From a virus, in the IMG/VR virus record IMGVR_UViG_3300015263_000597, positions 1 to 64,000 of that record: DNA of 64,000 nucleotides, one strand, 5' to 3'. A program made the position numbers and the translations under genes. Each line of letters starts with the position of its first letter. Position 1 is the first letter of the stretch. This document shows positions 30,074 through 40,472 of this stretch, one piece after another. Below the pieces are notes generated by a model that saw only the letters and a program-made list of their open reading frames with translations, ran no database searches and was not told the DNA's origin.

Positions 30074-30928
30074 GTGATAACCGACCTAACCAGCTGGGAC
30101 TCTAGCACCCTGTCTATATCGGCCTTACACCACTGTGCAAAGCATGCAGCTGGTGTGTATGACCCAACCGCGTACATCAAACTAGCCATATCACTAGGCT
30201 ACAACGACGCCACGGTACTCAAGGACACTAACGCGCAAGCCGCCCTAGCTTGGTCAGATCGCATCATCACAGTGTCCATATGTGGCTCAAATGACATCCG
30301 CGACTGGACGGGTAATCTGCTATCCTGGGTAAAGGTACGCTGGAAAGCAAACAGCTCGACGACTGCTTACTACACTGGACTAGGTGGCAAGATAGGTTAC
30401 GGGTTCCGTAATAACGCTAACCGCATATGCCCACATGTGCTATCGCATGTTCGTGCGCTACTCACTGAATACCCAGAGGCTGCCGTATACATCACAGGTC
30501 ATTCGCTCGGGGCAAGTATAGCCCCACTAGTCGCTTTGTATCTCCGTGACTACAGTGTTACCATACCAGTAACTGTCGTGATGATAGAAGCCCCCAGGGT
30601 AGGTAATGAAGCCTTCGCTCAGCACTACGCGATGTCCAACATACCTACCTGGTCTGTGGTCAACGCTACCAACGGCGTGCCTGACATCGTCACCCGAGTG
30701 CCAAAACGCTCCTGGGGGTTTAGACACGTTGGCCGCCGTGTGATACTCGATAACGGTACAGTATTCGCTAGCGAACAATGCTGGCAGCAGTACCGAGCGG
30801 CTAATCCATACAGTAGTACCCTGGCCACATGGCGACTAGTGAGCCGTGTGATAGAACGCGTACGGCAGTCCGTACAGGCTCATTACGCAAAGCTGGTACT
30901 GGAAGCTTTTGAAAGGATTGACCAATGA
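30074..30928 (+). CDS. class 3 lipase (alpha/beta hydrolase)
   Basis: ITGHSLGAS nucleophile elbow, APRVGN, DIVTRVP, FRHVG. Confidence 0.88.
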   Translation: MITDLTSWDSSTLSISALHHCAKHAAGVYDPTAYIKLAISLGYNDATVLKDTNAQAALAWSDRIITVSICGSNDIRDWTGNLLSWVKVRWKANSSTTAYYTGLGGKIGYGFRNNANRICPHVLSHVRALLTEYPEAAVYITGHSLGASIAPLVALYLRDYSVTIPVTVVMIEAPRVGNEAFAQHYAMSNIPTWSVVNATNGVPDIVTRVPKRSWGFRHVGRRVILDNGTVFASEQCWQQYRAANPYSSTLATWRLVSRVIERVRQSVQAHYAKLVLEAFERIDQ

Positions 30929-31335
30929 GCACGTTGCAAGCAACACTTGCCCGTCAAGAATGGCTGCCAGACGGCACCTTTGGCCTACTTTACTGGAATG
31001 GTCAAGCTAGCCCCGTGTTCACTGTCGAACGTGAGTGGAGGGAAAATAGGCTAAACGAATCTTGCATACCACCAGGCGAATACATATGCATACCACGTCA
31101 GTACTACGCCGGTAACTACCCAGCTACAGAAGTCACTGGCGTACCCGGACGCAGTAACATCCTGTTCCATCGTGCCAACTGGCCGTGGGAACTAAACGGG
31201 TGCATTGCAATAGGTACATATCCTGCGTACCACCCGGAAAATAGCAGGCGCGGTGTTCTACACAGTCTTCTTGCATGGCAAAGGTTTGCGCAAGCTGGCT
31301 TTATAGGCAGTGAATGGGTGCTGACTATTACGTAG
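30925..31335 (+). CDS. DUF5675 family protein (L,D-transpeptidase-like, putative endolysin)
   Basis: TFGLL..TVER.W..N....SCIPPGEY..VPGRSNILFHRAN....LNGCIAIG. Confidence 0.82.
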   Translation: MSTLQATLARQEWLPDGTFGLLYWNGQASPVFTVEREWRENRLNESCIPPGEYICIPRQYYAGNYPATEVTGVPGRSNILFHRANWPWELNGCIAIGTYPAYHPENSRRGVLHSLLAWQRFAQAGFIGSEWVLTIT

Positions 31336-31367
31336 TGCTGCTAGCTGGAGCACGGTATAGCACACAT

Positions 31368-32534
31368 CTATTTGTCTAGCTGAAGCGGCGAGTCTGCCGG
31401 TTCCGTCACCCATGTCTTCGGCAGTACACGCATCCCGCGGACGTCCTGCGTGCCGTCGTCCCGCACGGCAGACTTCTCGAAGACGAGGACTGAGTCCTTG
31501 CTGAAGTGAACCGTCACGTGGCTCACATCCGCATGCGTCTCCAGCCGGACGGTTCCGACGTTCTCCACCGTGCCCCCGTCCAGGTCCGGCCTGAGCTTCG
31601 TCATCGTCCATTGCGCCTGATCCGACGCTAGCCGCCGCAAGAGGTAGAGAGGGCCGTCATTGGCGTCAGCGTAGAGGCCATAGGGCATGGACTGACCTTC
31701 AGCTTCAATCGTATTGAACACCGCGAAACGTTGACGACCAAGGTCAATCACCGGCAGGCTTACATCGTCCCCAGGGAGGCCATTAAGGTATTGCGGCCGA
31801 CCGCGTTTCTGCATATCGTAAACGAATAGCGCTGGGAACCCTGCCCCCATGTCTAGATAGTAGACCTGCTGTCTCATTGCTGCAACGTAGGGTAGTCCAA
31901 GGAGATAGTAGTCAAATTTCTCCGACGTCTCGACGATATCACCTTTCATGGTTCTGGCAAAGGTATTGCCGGGTGCATGGAGCTGGAAGGTAAAAAATCC
32001 GAACTCGAATGTGTCGGAGTCATTGCTGATGTTACGTCTGCTGCGGTTAATGGCACCGTACGCGAATACATAGTCTCCGGCGACGACCCAGTTGTAAAGA
32101 ACCAGCACCCGATCCTCAATCGGATCGGTGTTCTCCGGCGCAATGAAGCGCGCTGTGCCGCGATACTCCAGGTTGGAACCAAACCAGTTGACTCGTTGAG
32201 GCAGGCCGGACGCGCGATGGACGGCGACCTGTACATAGCCTGTGCTCGCTAGCTTCACTTCCAAGAGCGGAGTTAGTCCAGTTGGATCCAATTCCCTAAA
32301 CGGCAGTCTCTTAGCTGAGATAGCTCGATCAGCAGAAGGACGCTCAAACATGACGATACGTGCACTGATGCTATCGATGACGATGAGGTCCGAACCCATT
32401 TCAATAACAGATTTGACGGACTTCAGACCCAAGTGGTCGAGAGGAACCCATGCGCCCTGTTCAGGAGCTGTCCAAGCAGGAGGCACCACAAGCAGCGCCA
32501 TTAGCAGACAGAGATTGATTCGTGTTGCTATCAT
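31368..32534 (-). CDS. secreted beta-rich hypothetical protein, probably host-derived
   Basis: MIATRINLCLLMALLVVPPAWTA signal peptide; GAAGGA RBS; codon usage appears to differ from neighbours. Confidence 0.7.
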   Translation of the reverse strand: MIATRINLCLLMALLVVPPAWTAPEQGAWVPLDHLGLKSVKSVIEMGSDLIVIDSISARIVMFERPSADRAISAKRLPFRELDPTGLTPLLEVKLASTGYVQVAVHRASGLPQRVNWFGSNLEYRGTARFIAPENTDPIEDRVLVLYNWVVAGDYVFAYGAINRSRRNISNDSDTFEFGFFTFQLHAPGNTFARTMKGDIVETSEKFDYYLLGLPYVAAMRQQVYYLDMGAGFPALFVYDMQKRGRPQYLNGLPGDDVSLPVIDLGRQRFAVFNTIEAEGQSMPYGLYADANDGPLYLLRRLASDQAQWTMTKLRPDLDGGTVENVGTVRLETHADVSHVTVHFSKDSVLVFEKSAVRDDGTQDVRGMRVLPKTWVTEPADSPLQLDK

Positions 32535-32624
32535 CTGTGGGATTTCCTTCCTGTTACTCAATAACCGCGATGCTGCTAGCCAGCTCGTGGTTAATGATTC
32601 GCCACGTTTGGCAGGTTATTGCCT

Positions 32625-32656
32625 GTATTACTAGCCAGCAGCATGGCTAGTAATAC
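32625..32656. terminator. 13-bp perfect hairpin, probable terminator
   Basis: GTATTACTAGCCA-gcagca-TGGCTAGTAATAC directly after the HNH stop. Confidence 0.6.
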
Positions 32657-32658
32657 TA

Positions 32659-33270
32659 TTAGAACGGCAAGCCGTCAAGAAAGATATCCGGTGTGCTGCT
32701 GCGAATCGTTGCCCCAGTGCACAGTACTTCCTCCCGCTTCCTCCACACACCGTCTACATACTCCCACTGGTCAGTCACTGTCCCGTTACACACTGGACAA
32801 TTAGTACCCTCGCACCGCCTACACTCTGGACCATGTAACTCATCTATACTCTTATGCGAGATGATCGCCTTGTACCTGGTACCCCTAATAACCGGCGGGT
32901 GATCTGTGTCGTATTCTACGAATCGTCCATCCGGCCCACGGCAGCCGGCTAGTGTTTGCAAGTAAGCGTGCTCGCGTCCGTGGTGCGATGCGTGTACTAC
33001 GGTTAGGTTAGGCAACACGTCGTGGTATACTACCAGGTCCTCATGATGTACATGCTCACCGGTAAGCAATCTGCGTCCTAGAGTGTAATTTACCGTGAGT
33101 ATATAACGGTACTGCCAGCCTCCAGTGTTAGCGTACTCGTGAGACGTGCCTAGGGTTACTCTAACCCTACCGCGTCTGTCTGCCCTTTCTACACCGAACG
33201 ACTGCGATGTGGGGTGTTCACGTAGCCAGGGACGGTTGGTACATCCAGGTACCAAGTACTCGTCAGTCAC
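32659..33270 (-). CDS. HNH endonuclease-like protein
   Basis: LGRRLLTGEHVHHED....D...NL.....HGREH. Confidence 0.7.
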   Translation of the reverse strand: MTDEYLVPGCTNRPWLREHPTSQSFGVERADRRGRVRVTLGTSHEYANTGGWQYRYILTVNYTLGRRLLTGEHVHHEDLVVYHDVLPNLTVVHASHHGREHAYLQTLAGCRGPDGRFVEYDTDHPPVIRGTRYKAIISHKSIDELHGPECRRCEGTNCPVCNGTVTDQWEYVDGVWRKREEVLCTGATIRSSTPDIFLDGLPF

Positions 33271-33815
33271 TACTTCGCCCTTGAGTCAAGTTCCTTCTGT
33301 CTAGTCTTTGCTAGCAAACTAGCTTGCCAAATGTGCACACCAACGGCTTTTTCTATCTCTCTAAACGAAAACCCACGCTGACGCATACGCAGAATCGTGT
33401 GGCTTTTCGCACGCCGTCTTAGTGAGCATCTATTGAACTTTACATTACGCCGTTCCAGCCAGTCTTTGGAGTACCATTTCACAGATCTCCCTATCAGCGC
33501 CTTGTACTCGCGTAGAGAAAGAAGCTCCACTACCCAGCGTTCTTCATCGGCAAGAATGGTCTTGTTGAACGGCCCTCTCCAACGACCTCTACGTAACCCC
33601 AGGGCCTTTTCTACTTGTTGTACGTACTGTCTTGATGTGACCAGCCTATCTGCTACTTCCTGTAGTGTGGGCCGTGGGTGATGATAAAACTGCTCCAAGA
33701 TGTATTGCCTACGTACTGCACTTGCGTGCCTGTTGTACGGGGCGTACACTGTACAGTTTTCTTTCAATGTGTCGCTCATATGCGCGCCTTTATCATGCCG
33801 TCCTAGTCGTTCCAC
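33270..33815 (-). CDS. HTH DNA-binding protein (two HTH-like segments)
   Basis: PTLQEVADRLVTSRQYVQQVEK; GFSFREIEKAVG. Confidence 0.65.
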   Translation of the reverse strand: MERLGRHDKGAHMSDTLKENCTVYAPYNRHASAVRRQYILEQFYHHPRPTLQEVADRLVTSRQYVQQVEKALGLRRGRWRGPFNKTILADEERWVVELLSLREYKALIGRSVKWYSKDWLERRNVKFNRCSLRRRAKSHTILRMRQRGFSFREIEKAVGVHIWQASLLAKTRQKELDSRAK

Positions 33816-34514
33816 AGCCTTTTACACCCATTCTTCATGCACCTTAGTTCTTCAGGAACCTTACTTGCGCTCATCTCTGATTCCTCAATATAGAACGAAA
33901 CACTTCCCCCGCCTGGTAACGTCCTATGTATACCGCACTTTGTACGTGATCCATCATTGTCCCAGAAATGCCACCGACGCCCACAGCTACGACTAGCTGT
34001 CCAGCTAGAATCCACTCTGTACACCTTACGCATTTGCGTCTGTTACACCCGTGCAACGTCTGTTAGCCGCTATTGCAAGAAGCTCATAAAGGCCCGCAAG
34101 CCTGCCAAGGACAAATTCGGGAGAATTCTCTCCAGATGTACTCATGGTCTTTGCTAGCATAACTGTATAGGCCCTTCTTATTTCTATTTTTGCCTTGTAC
34201 AAGTATTCCCGATCTCCTGACATGAGGGCGTCTGCTATATCGGAAGACACGAGTTCTAGTGGTCCTTCTGTCTCCTTTGTCAAGTTTTCATCACAGTGTC
34301 CGACTGTCTCCAGTAAGCTGCCCAGTGGGTCTAGTGCTTCTTTCATGGTGTCTCTCCTTCCTCTAGCTCCAGTTTCCACGCTGCAAAGTGGGCAATAAGC
34401 GCTTCTAACTCACTTACCAAGTACTCCCCTTGACCACTTTCTAGCGATAGTTCAAGGTCACCTAGCAGATCAATGGCTCTGTCGTACTTCGCCTGATCGT
34501 CCCTGTACACTGCC

Positions 34515-34865
34515 TTACTCCTTTGCACCTTGCACATCTACCACTGACCAGTGATCTAGTGTTCCGCTGTCAAAATCATCGCCAAATACCCACCCGTCTA
34601 GTTGGTTAGTAGTAACATCTAGCTCAACAGTTCCGCAGTCTACGTAGCTGCCAGCTAGGTCGTAGCATCCTACTTGACGTACACACTCCCAACGCATGCT
34701 ATACACCTTCTTCAATTGACCACTCTGTGTACATGTAACCGCAGTGTATTCTGGGCATAGCTCGGTAAAGCACACGGATACAGTGGCAGCTGGTATCCAT
34801 GTAGCCACGAGTTCTATAGCGCCGTAGTTAAGTACTGCGGACAGAGCTATTATTGTTATTGACAT
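34515..34865 (-). CDS. small Cys-containing exported protein with DGFES-like C-terminal motif
   Basis: hydrophobic N-terminus, six Cys, tail WVFGDDFDSGTLDHWS. Confidence 0.55.
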   Translation of the reverse strand: MSITIIALSAVLNYGAIELVATWIPAATVSVCFTELCPEYTAVTCTQSGQLKKVYSMRWECVRQVGCYDLAGSYVDCGTVELDVTTNQLDGWVFGDDFDSGTLDHWSVVDVQGAKE

Positions 34866-35040
34866 TATGCAACCTCTCGTCGTACCGTTCTTCAAGCTCT
34901 ATCAATAGCCCAAAGGTATCATCGCAGATCTTGGTACCCCAGGGCGTGTTTACTCTGGCGGTAGGATCACCGCAACAGTCACATGGTCCTGGCTTGCAAC
35001 GTGCTAAGTACTCTTTCTTATCGTCACGCATGTTATGTGC

Positions 35041-35364
35041 CTACGTTAGCGCTACTACCCTAACCCCTAGCTTACGAGCTAGCCTAGCACATGACTCACA
35101 AGGCTCAATAGGCAACGGGTTACCGGACTTGCCAAAGCGTGCGATATACACGGTACGTACTGACTTAGGCGCACGGCGTAGTACTCGCACTTCGGCATGA
35201 ATACCCCCACCGCGCTTAAACAACCTTGGCGCATTGGTGGTAATGTGCATAAGTGTCCCGTTGGCATTCTCGCACGCTGCAACTACGGTGTGGGTAGTTG
35301 CGGTGTGTTTAGTTGCCCGCGACTGCATACGGGTGTAGAGGGTAGAGTGAGTAGCGCGCATCAC
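35041..35364 (-). CDS. zinc-dependent cytidine/dCMP deaminase-fold protein
   Basis: HAE and PCESC motifs. Confidence 0.8.
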   Translation of the reverse strand: MMRATHSTLYTRMQSRATKHTATTHTVVAACENANGTLMHITTNAPRLFKRGGGIHAEVRVLRRAPKSVRTVYIARFGKSGNPLPIEPCESCARLARKLGVRVVALT

Positions 35365-37554
35365 TCAACAATACGGCGAAACATTGTCATAGCATCCATG
35401 GCAGCACTCTCTGGAGTACTACCATCAACTTCGCAGTAGATAATTGTCGCAGCCCTCATCAGCGTATCTAGATTCTCATCGCGCCTGAGCCTCTCTGTAT
35501 CCATCGTCGACATGTTCAGCTCAGCAATAACGGACTCCGCTACAGCTTTTGCGCTCTTCATGGTCTCCCCGTAGATTACGGCGAATGATCCATCTTGCCC
35601 GTCTTGCCCATTTTCCCAGATCTTGACGCATTTCATGCTGTGGTCTTCTGACTTGATGTAGTAGCTCATTAAGATCTCCTTTGTGCCTCTGATTCGAGTA
35701 TAGCCACCCGCTGCTGCAACTCTGCTACCCTTCGAGCGAGAACGATAACTGCGCCGTGTAGACCGCTAGTATCGACTGGCTGAATCTCTTCACCGCTTAG
35801 CAACTCTGCAATCTCCTCAAGGGTACAGTTTTCCCATCCTGTTACGCACATCCGTTACTCCTTTACGGTGGAACTCCAGTGTCCCACTCGTACGTATCTG
35901 GACCATCATTGCCATTGCAGTATTCTGCTACCCACTTGTCATAGTCGACAGCTAAAATGCGTACTATCTGATCCAGCACCCACTGTTTATGTTGAGCACC
36001 GTCGATACCACCGTATCTCTCGATAAGAGATAGTACTTCTGAACATGCGGACTTGTTGATCACGGCCTTTTCCATAGGTGCCTCCAGTTCACGGGTGTGC
36101 ATAGCTACAAATGAATCAACTGCCTTTGCTATCCTGCCAGCTATGTGTGTAGACGTCTCACAAGAAAGGATAAGTAACGTCTTTGCTAGTTCCAGATCAT
36201 TGCAGCACTCTGGCCACTCTACACCGGTTGCGTGCACGGCGCACATCGTGCCGGACTTCGCAAAGTATTCACAGTTGTGTGTTTCTCTCAACATGCCCAC
36301 GGGTTACTATCCTGTTACGACCAGTATACAGTTTCTCCATTCGCTGCTGCACTGTGGAACCCAATAGCAATAGCGTCAGTGACTTCTACAATCGTCTTTT
36401 GCGACTTACCGCGCTCGCCTAGTAGTGAACACATGTACAGTCTATCGCTACTAAGCAGTGGCCATACCTGACGAAGCTCTTTAACTAGCTGCCCTGCCTG
36501 TTCTGGGCTTGTCTCGCCAGAGCAGTCTGAGTGGCTAAAAAAGTGCTCCATACCTGGCCAATCGCCAAGTGGTCCAAGAACATCGCTCCAGTGCCACGTA
36601 TTATCCCCACGTTCCTCTGGCCACTTGCCGTCTAGACAGTGAAGTAAGTCACCCCGATAGAGATCGAATACGATATACGATCCGTGATATATGTTACCTA
36701 AGTGCAGTCCCACGGGTTACCCTCCTCTCAAGGTTACTCTGCGGTTTCTCTGTTCGCCGCCGCACTATGCTGGAGCTGCCCCGTGCTCGACATCTGCCAT
36801 CTTCCTCTTTTCTCCGTCCAATACCAGCGCATGTAGTCGTTCTCTGTCTGCAACAGGTACTCTACTTCCGACACATCCTTGCTGCTGCACGGAGCAATAC
36901 TGCCGTTAGACAGGGTGACTACCAGGATATCTGCTGGATGTTCCGACGGATCAATACGGGCCACAGCGACAGGATCAAACGTGGTCGAATCTATCAGTGT
37001 TCCGTCCTTCTTTACGAATTTGATTGTCAGTATCACTGCCATTTCCAATTCTCCCTTTAGTACAGCCCGTGTTCCTCAGCTACTTGCCGCCAGCATTCCA
37101 TCATGTCGTGCGCAATGTCTTTGTCAGCATCAGGCACCTTGTACCCACTCCAGCCCTCGGTGCCCTCTATATACTGCACACAGTACTCACGTTGCGCCAG
37201 AGTAAACTCTGCCAGCCCTTGCTCTACGGCACGGACAACTCCTTCTATATTTGAACAAACGCACACTTCCACGTCGAAGTACTTTGTACACGGGCAACCA
37301 TCGTACTTCCACTCTATGTCCTGCGGTACGTAACCGTATGGGAACTGGAAGTCTCCTTTACGGTAGTACCGTAGCGCGTAGCGTTCATACATTACAGCCT
37401 CTGACACATTGCCTGCCAGCAAGCTCCCGTTTGCTAGCTCCAAACAGGTCTTGTATGAGCTAAAAGGCCAATTAAGCGGGCTGTGACTGGTCCTCATTGC
37501 TTGATATCCTCTGTGCCTGTTAGAGACTGTACTGGTGTTGGTTTATTCACGGAA

Positions 37555-38307
37555 CTAATGTCCTTTCAGTTCATATAGCTTAGCCCGACACTCCTCTATG
37601 CTCTTCTGTATAGAGAACTTTTGTGACGGATCTGATACAATTGCTGCCTGCTCCATAAGAAACGCAAGCTTTCTTTCCCATTGGGTAATAGCTGCGTTGT
37701 ACGGATCTCTAGTGCCGGTTCGTGTACTCGTGTTTAACACACTGCCTACTGGCTGTCGCTGAACACTATACCCGCCAGTGTCAATCCACGTCTCAGCCTC
37801 TGCTCGCTGAACTGCCGTTGCACTGGTAAGCAAAGCGGCACACCTGTCCCAGAACCGCGACCCTGTGGGCATCTTGCCTATAGCCAGAATCTCCTCAATA
37901 CGGTCTGCCTGATCATCTATTGTAGCGCCCATGCGACCAGCGGCTACGAGAATGCGGATATCTACTAGCAAGTCACGTGGCACAGCACTGTAGTCCAACC
38001 CTAGGTCTACGTTAACGCCATCAAGCAAGATACTGCCATCCGCCGGACAATGAGTACGCTTTGCCCACACCTCGACTGGAGTCTTACCCCGTCCTGGTGG
38101 TAGCTGTTGCCCACCATGAGTAAGGTACGCACGTGCAGCGGACAGCGAAATGTTCTTATTGAACCCCTTACTCGCTGGCATGATTACGCGTGCGTTAGCC
38201 AGCGGGCCTTGGATTACCAGCGACTGTGCGTCCTTATCGCCGTCTAGTGCGGCCTGTAACTGCATCTCGGGGGTTTCTTCACGCCACGTGGCAGGCTTGC
38301 TACTCAT
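37555..38307 (-). CDS. hypothetical protein with C-terminal helical hairpin
   Basis: 250 aa, AAGGAGAG RBS; tail WERKLAFLMEQAAIVSDPSQKFSIQKSIEECRAKLYEL. Confidence 0.65.
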   Translation of the reverse strand: MSSKPATWREETPEMQLQAALDGDKDAQSLVIQGPLANARVIMPASKGFNKNISLSAARAYLTHGGQQLPPGRGKTPVEVWAKRTHCPADGSILLDGVNVDLGLDYSAVPRDLLVDIRILVAAGRMGATIDDQADRIEEILAIGKMPTGSRFWDRCAALLTSATAVQRAEAETWIDTGGYSVQRQPVGSVLNTSTRTGTRDPYNAAITQWERKLAFLMEQAAIVSDPSQKFSIQKSIEECRAKLYELKGH

Positions 38308-39017
38308 TTATCGCTCTCCTTGTTCTCTAGTTCTATGCTTCGCGCACGGGCCGTAAACTCGTCTGCGAGGTCATACCAGCCATGCGCCTTCATGTACGCA
38401 GCCTGCTCGCGACACATGTCTGCAAGACCTTGCAAGTCGAGGGGTGCTTGCTCCCCTACTCTGGGGACCCATCGTACCGCCATACCCATGCCCTCTCTAG
38501 TAGTACTCCGTGCACAACTTCGCCTTATGCCTATCCTGCCTCTTGAGATACCGACGCGCCTGACGCTTGCTAACCTTCTTGCGAAAGTAGTCCTTACCGC
38601 CAATAGCGGTCTTGCGCCCTTCGGACTGAATATCCGCAACGTCGGGATATTCCTCGAGCTTGATGTACTGATACGGCCTCATGTCCCTTCCTTTCAGTCA
38701 GCGCTGCTACTATCCAAAGGTTAGCGCGGCTTTCCCGATACGCTCGAAGTCCCCCGTTATTGCCCGATTGTAGGCGAGCGCGACGTCATTCTCTGCGTTT
38801 GATTGCGGCATCGCCAGGTAAGCCTTTACCCCCCACGGTCTGACTTCATCAACGGTTAGAAAGCAGCCTCTCCATGGATGGTCTGCTTTAGTTATTTGGA
38901 TAACATCGCCTTCCCCTAGTGGGGTATCGTGCTTGTTTTCCGTCATGGCCGCCATGGGATCTCCTTAGTATTAGCGTCCTACCCGCCTTCAGTGCCCCGC
39001 TGCACTCAACTGTCTAC

Positions 39018-39046
39018 ACCGTACACGGCCCGATCCGCCCTGTCAA
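39018..39046 (-). promoter_or_regulatory. sigma70-type promoter (leftward)
   Basis: TTGACA-17 nt-TACGGT preceded by TTTTGAAAAA, as in the rightward promoter at 39587. Confidence 0.7.
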
Positions 39047-39234
39047 GAAGTTTTTCAAAATCGCCCTCAGATCCCTTCTTCATGACCTTGTCAACTGGCA
39101 AATCGGCTAGGCGAATTTAAGACCCTTTTGTCCCAATTACTCGCCTATACACATCTGAGCGTCCAAATCAAGCCAGACCTTTTACTGAAAAGCATCGTGT
39201 ATACAGCAAACCATACGCGTATGCGTAAGGCATA

Positions 39235-39302
39235 CCCTCTCCCAGGGCCCTAGGCCCGTAATATCTCAGTACGTCAGTACGGTGCATTATAGAAATAAGA
39301 AA
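39235..39302 (-). repeat. conserved intergenic element, copy 2 (inverted relative to 14147-14198)
   Basis: 25-bp identity plus TTTCTTATT and TGGGAGAGGG flanks. Confidence 0.85.
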
Positions 39303-39586
39303 AGAGCTAGAAGGAGACTTGTGGATATACATGTCAACAATAGGGCACATGGGCGGCCTGTAGAGCCCATGCAACTAGTGCCCTCAGGCCAGGTGCGTAA
39401 AACGCCCGTATTTGCCCTCAGATCGACGAACGGCACCTACCAGCTGGGTAGGTAGCCGGGACCTTGAGTTCGTTCAACACAGGGCAACCTCGCAAGCGAG
39501 AGAGGGTGTCTAGGGTGCCACCGTGACCCCTAGCAGGTGGGTAGCTGGCAGCTAGGGGGTCCTGGTGAAGTTTTTTGAAAAAGTAC

Positions 39587-39615
39587 TTGACAACGCCCCC
39601 GTGCTGCCGTACTGT
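39587..39615 (+). promoter_or_regulatory. sigma70-type promoter (rightward)
   Basis: TTGACA-17 nt-TACTGT. Confidence 0.75.
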
Positions 39616-39621
39616 CTACCC

Positions 39622-39817
39622 GTGAGCGGCGGTCATCAGCTGCTATCGGCTCCTGATAACGTCCCTCACGGCGTGAACGTCTGGCTCCATGTCCTTGCAG
39701 GTGGAGCACGCCGTTCACACAGTGCCTACCAGTAGCAATCCTGCGAACGTAGGCGCAGGGACAGACCAGTTTCCACGGCACCCCCCAGTTCCCCTAGCTG
39801 GTCTGTCCCTGTTTCTT
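39622..39817 (+). ncRNA. candidate four-hairpin ncRNA or structured leader
   Basis: predicted TSS coincides with the first stem; stems GTGAG/CTCAC, GTGAACG/CGTTCAC, GCCTAC/GTAGGC, CAGGGACAGACCAG/CTGGTCTGTCCCTG, then TTTCTT. Confidence 0.6.
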
Positions 39818-40139
39818 GACTGACTTGCGTGAAAGGAAGTACTCGTGGGTTACAAAGGCGGCAGCAATGGATGACACTGAAGGCAACTGTCCTGCTTGCG
39901 GCAAGGCCCTTGTCGATTGTATTAACTGTGGTATTGTCGACGAGTCTGTTTTGAATAAACACGTAGATACCATGTACGGAATACAGACGCAACATTCTGG
40001 ACCCACTGACAAATGGGTAGGCTATGGCTGTCAGTACAGTGAGGCTGAATTTGCACAGGCGGCGGCAGAGAGACTTAGCGCTGGCTACTATGCTGTACGT
40101 GTTGTAAAGTACGAGATATACGTAGTGGACTAATCCACC

Positions 40140-40472
40140 ATGCACCTAGGCACCACAATATCCACCCTACGCCGTCTAGCCGGTCTTAATCAAACTGAGC
40201 TAGCGAGACGATGCACGTACACCTACCCGAACGGTTATAGGTCATATTCGTTCAGTCACATCAGTCTAGTAGAAGCCGGCAAGCGGAAAGTCACTACCAA
40301 GTTTCTTACCGCACTAGAGAGTGGACTACGCTTACAACCTGGTGATGTTACCTTTGCACATGAGTATATCAGTGGCACAGTGCACGATACTAACCGTTGG
40401 GACGCTATACGCAACAAACTAACGGCACAGATAAGCGACTTGGCCGGAGTACCACGGGTTGCTAGGAGCTAG
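40140..40472 (+). CDS. XRE-family HTH protein
   Basis: LGTTISTLRRLAGLNQTELARR..SHISLVEAGKR. Confidence 0.8.
   Translation: MHLGTTISTLRRLAGLNQTELARRCTYTYPNGYRSYSFSHISLVEAGKRKVTTKFLTALESGLRLQPGDVTFAHEYISGTVHDTNRWDAIRNKLTAQISDLAGVPRVARS

Noticed and set aside
32608-32622. TTGGCAGGTTATTGC as a sixth sigma54 promoter
   Set aside because: GG-to-GC spacing is 9 rather than 10 nt, and it points away from the adjacent gene.
39320-39328. DnaA box
   Set aside because: A single copy with one mismatch (ATATCCACA) is expected by chance.
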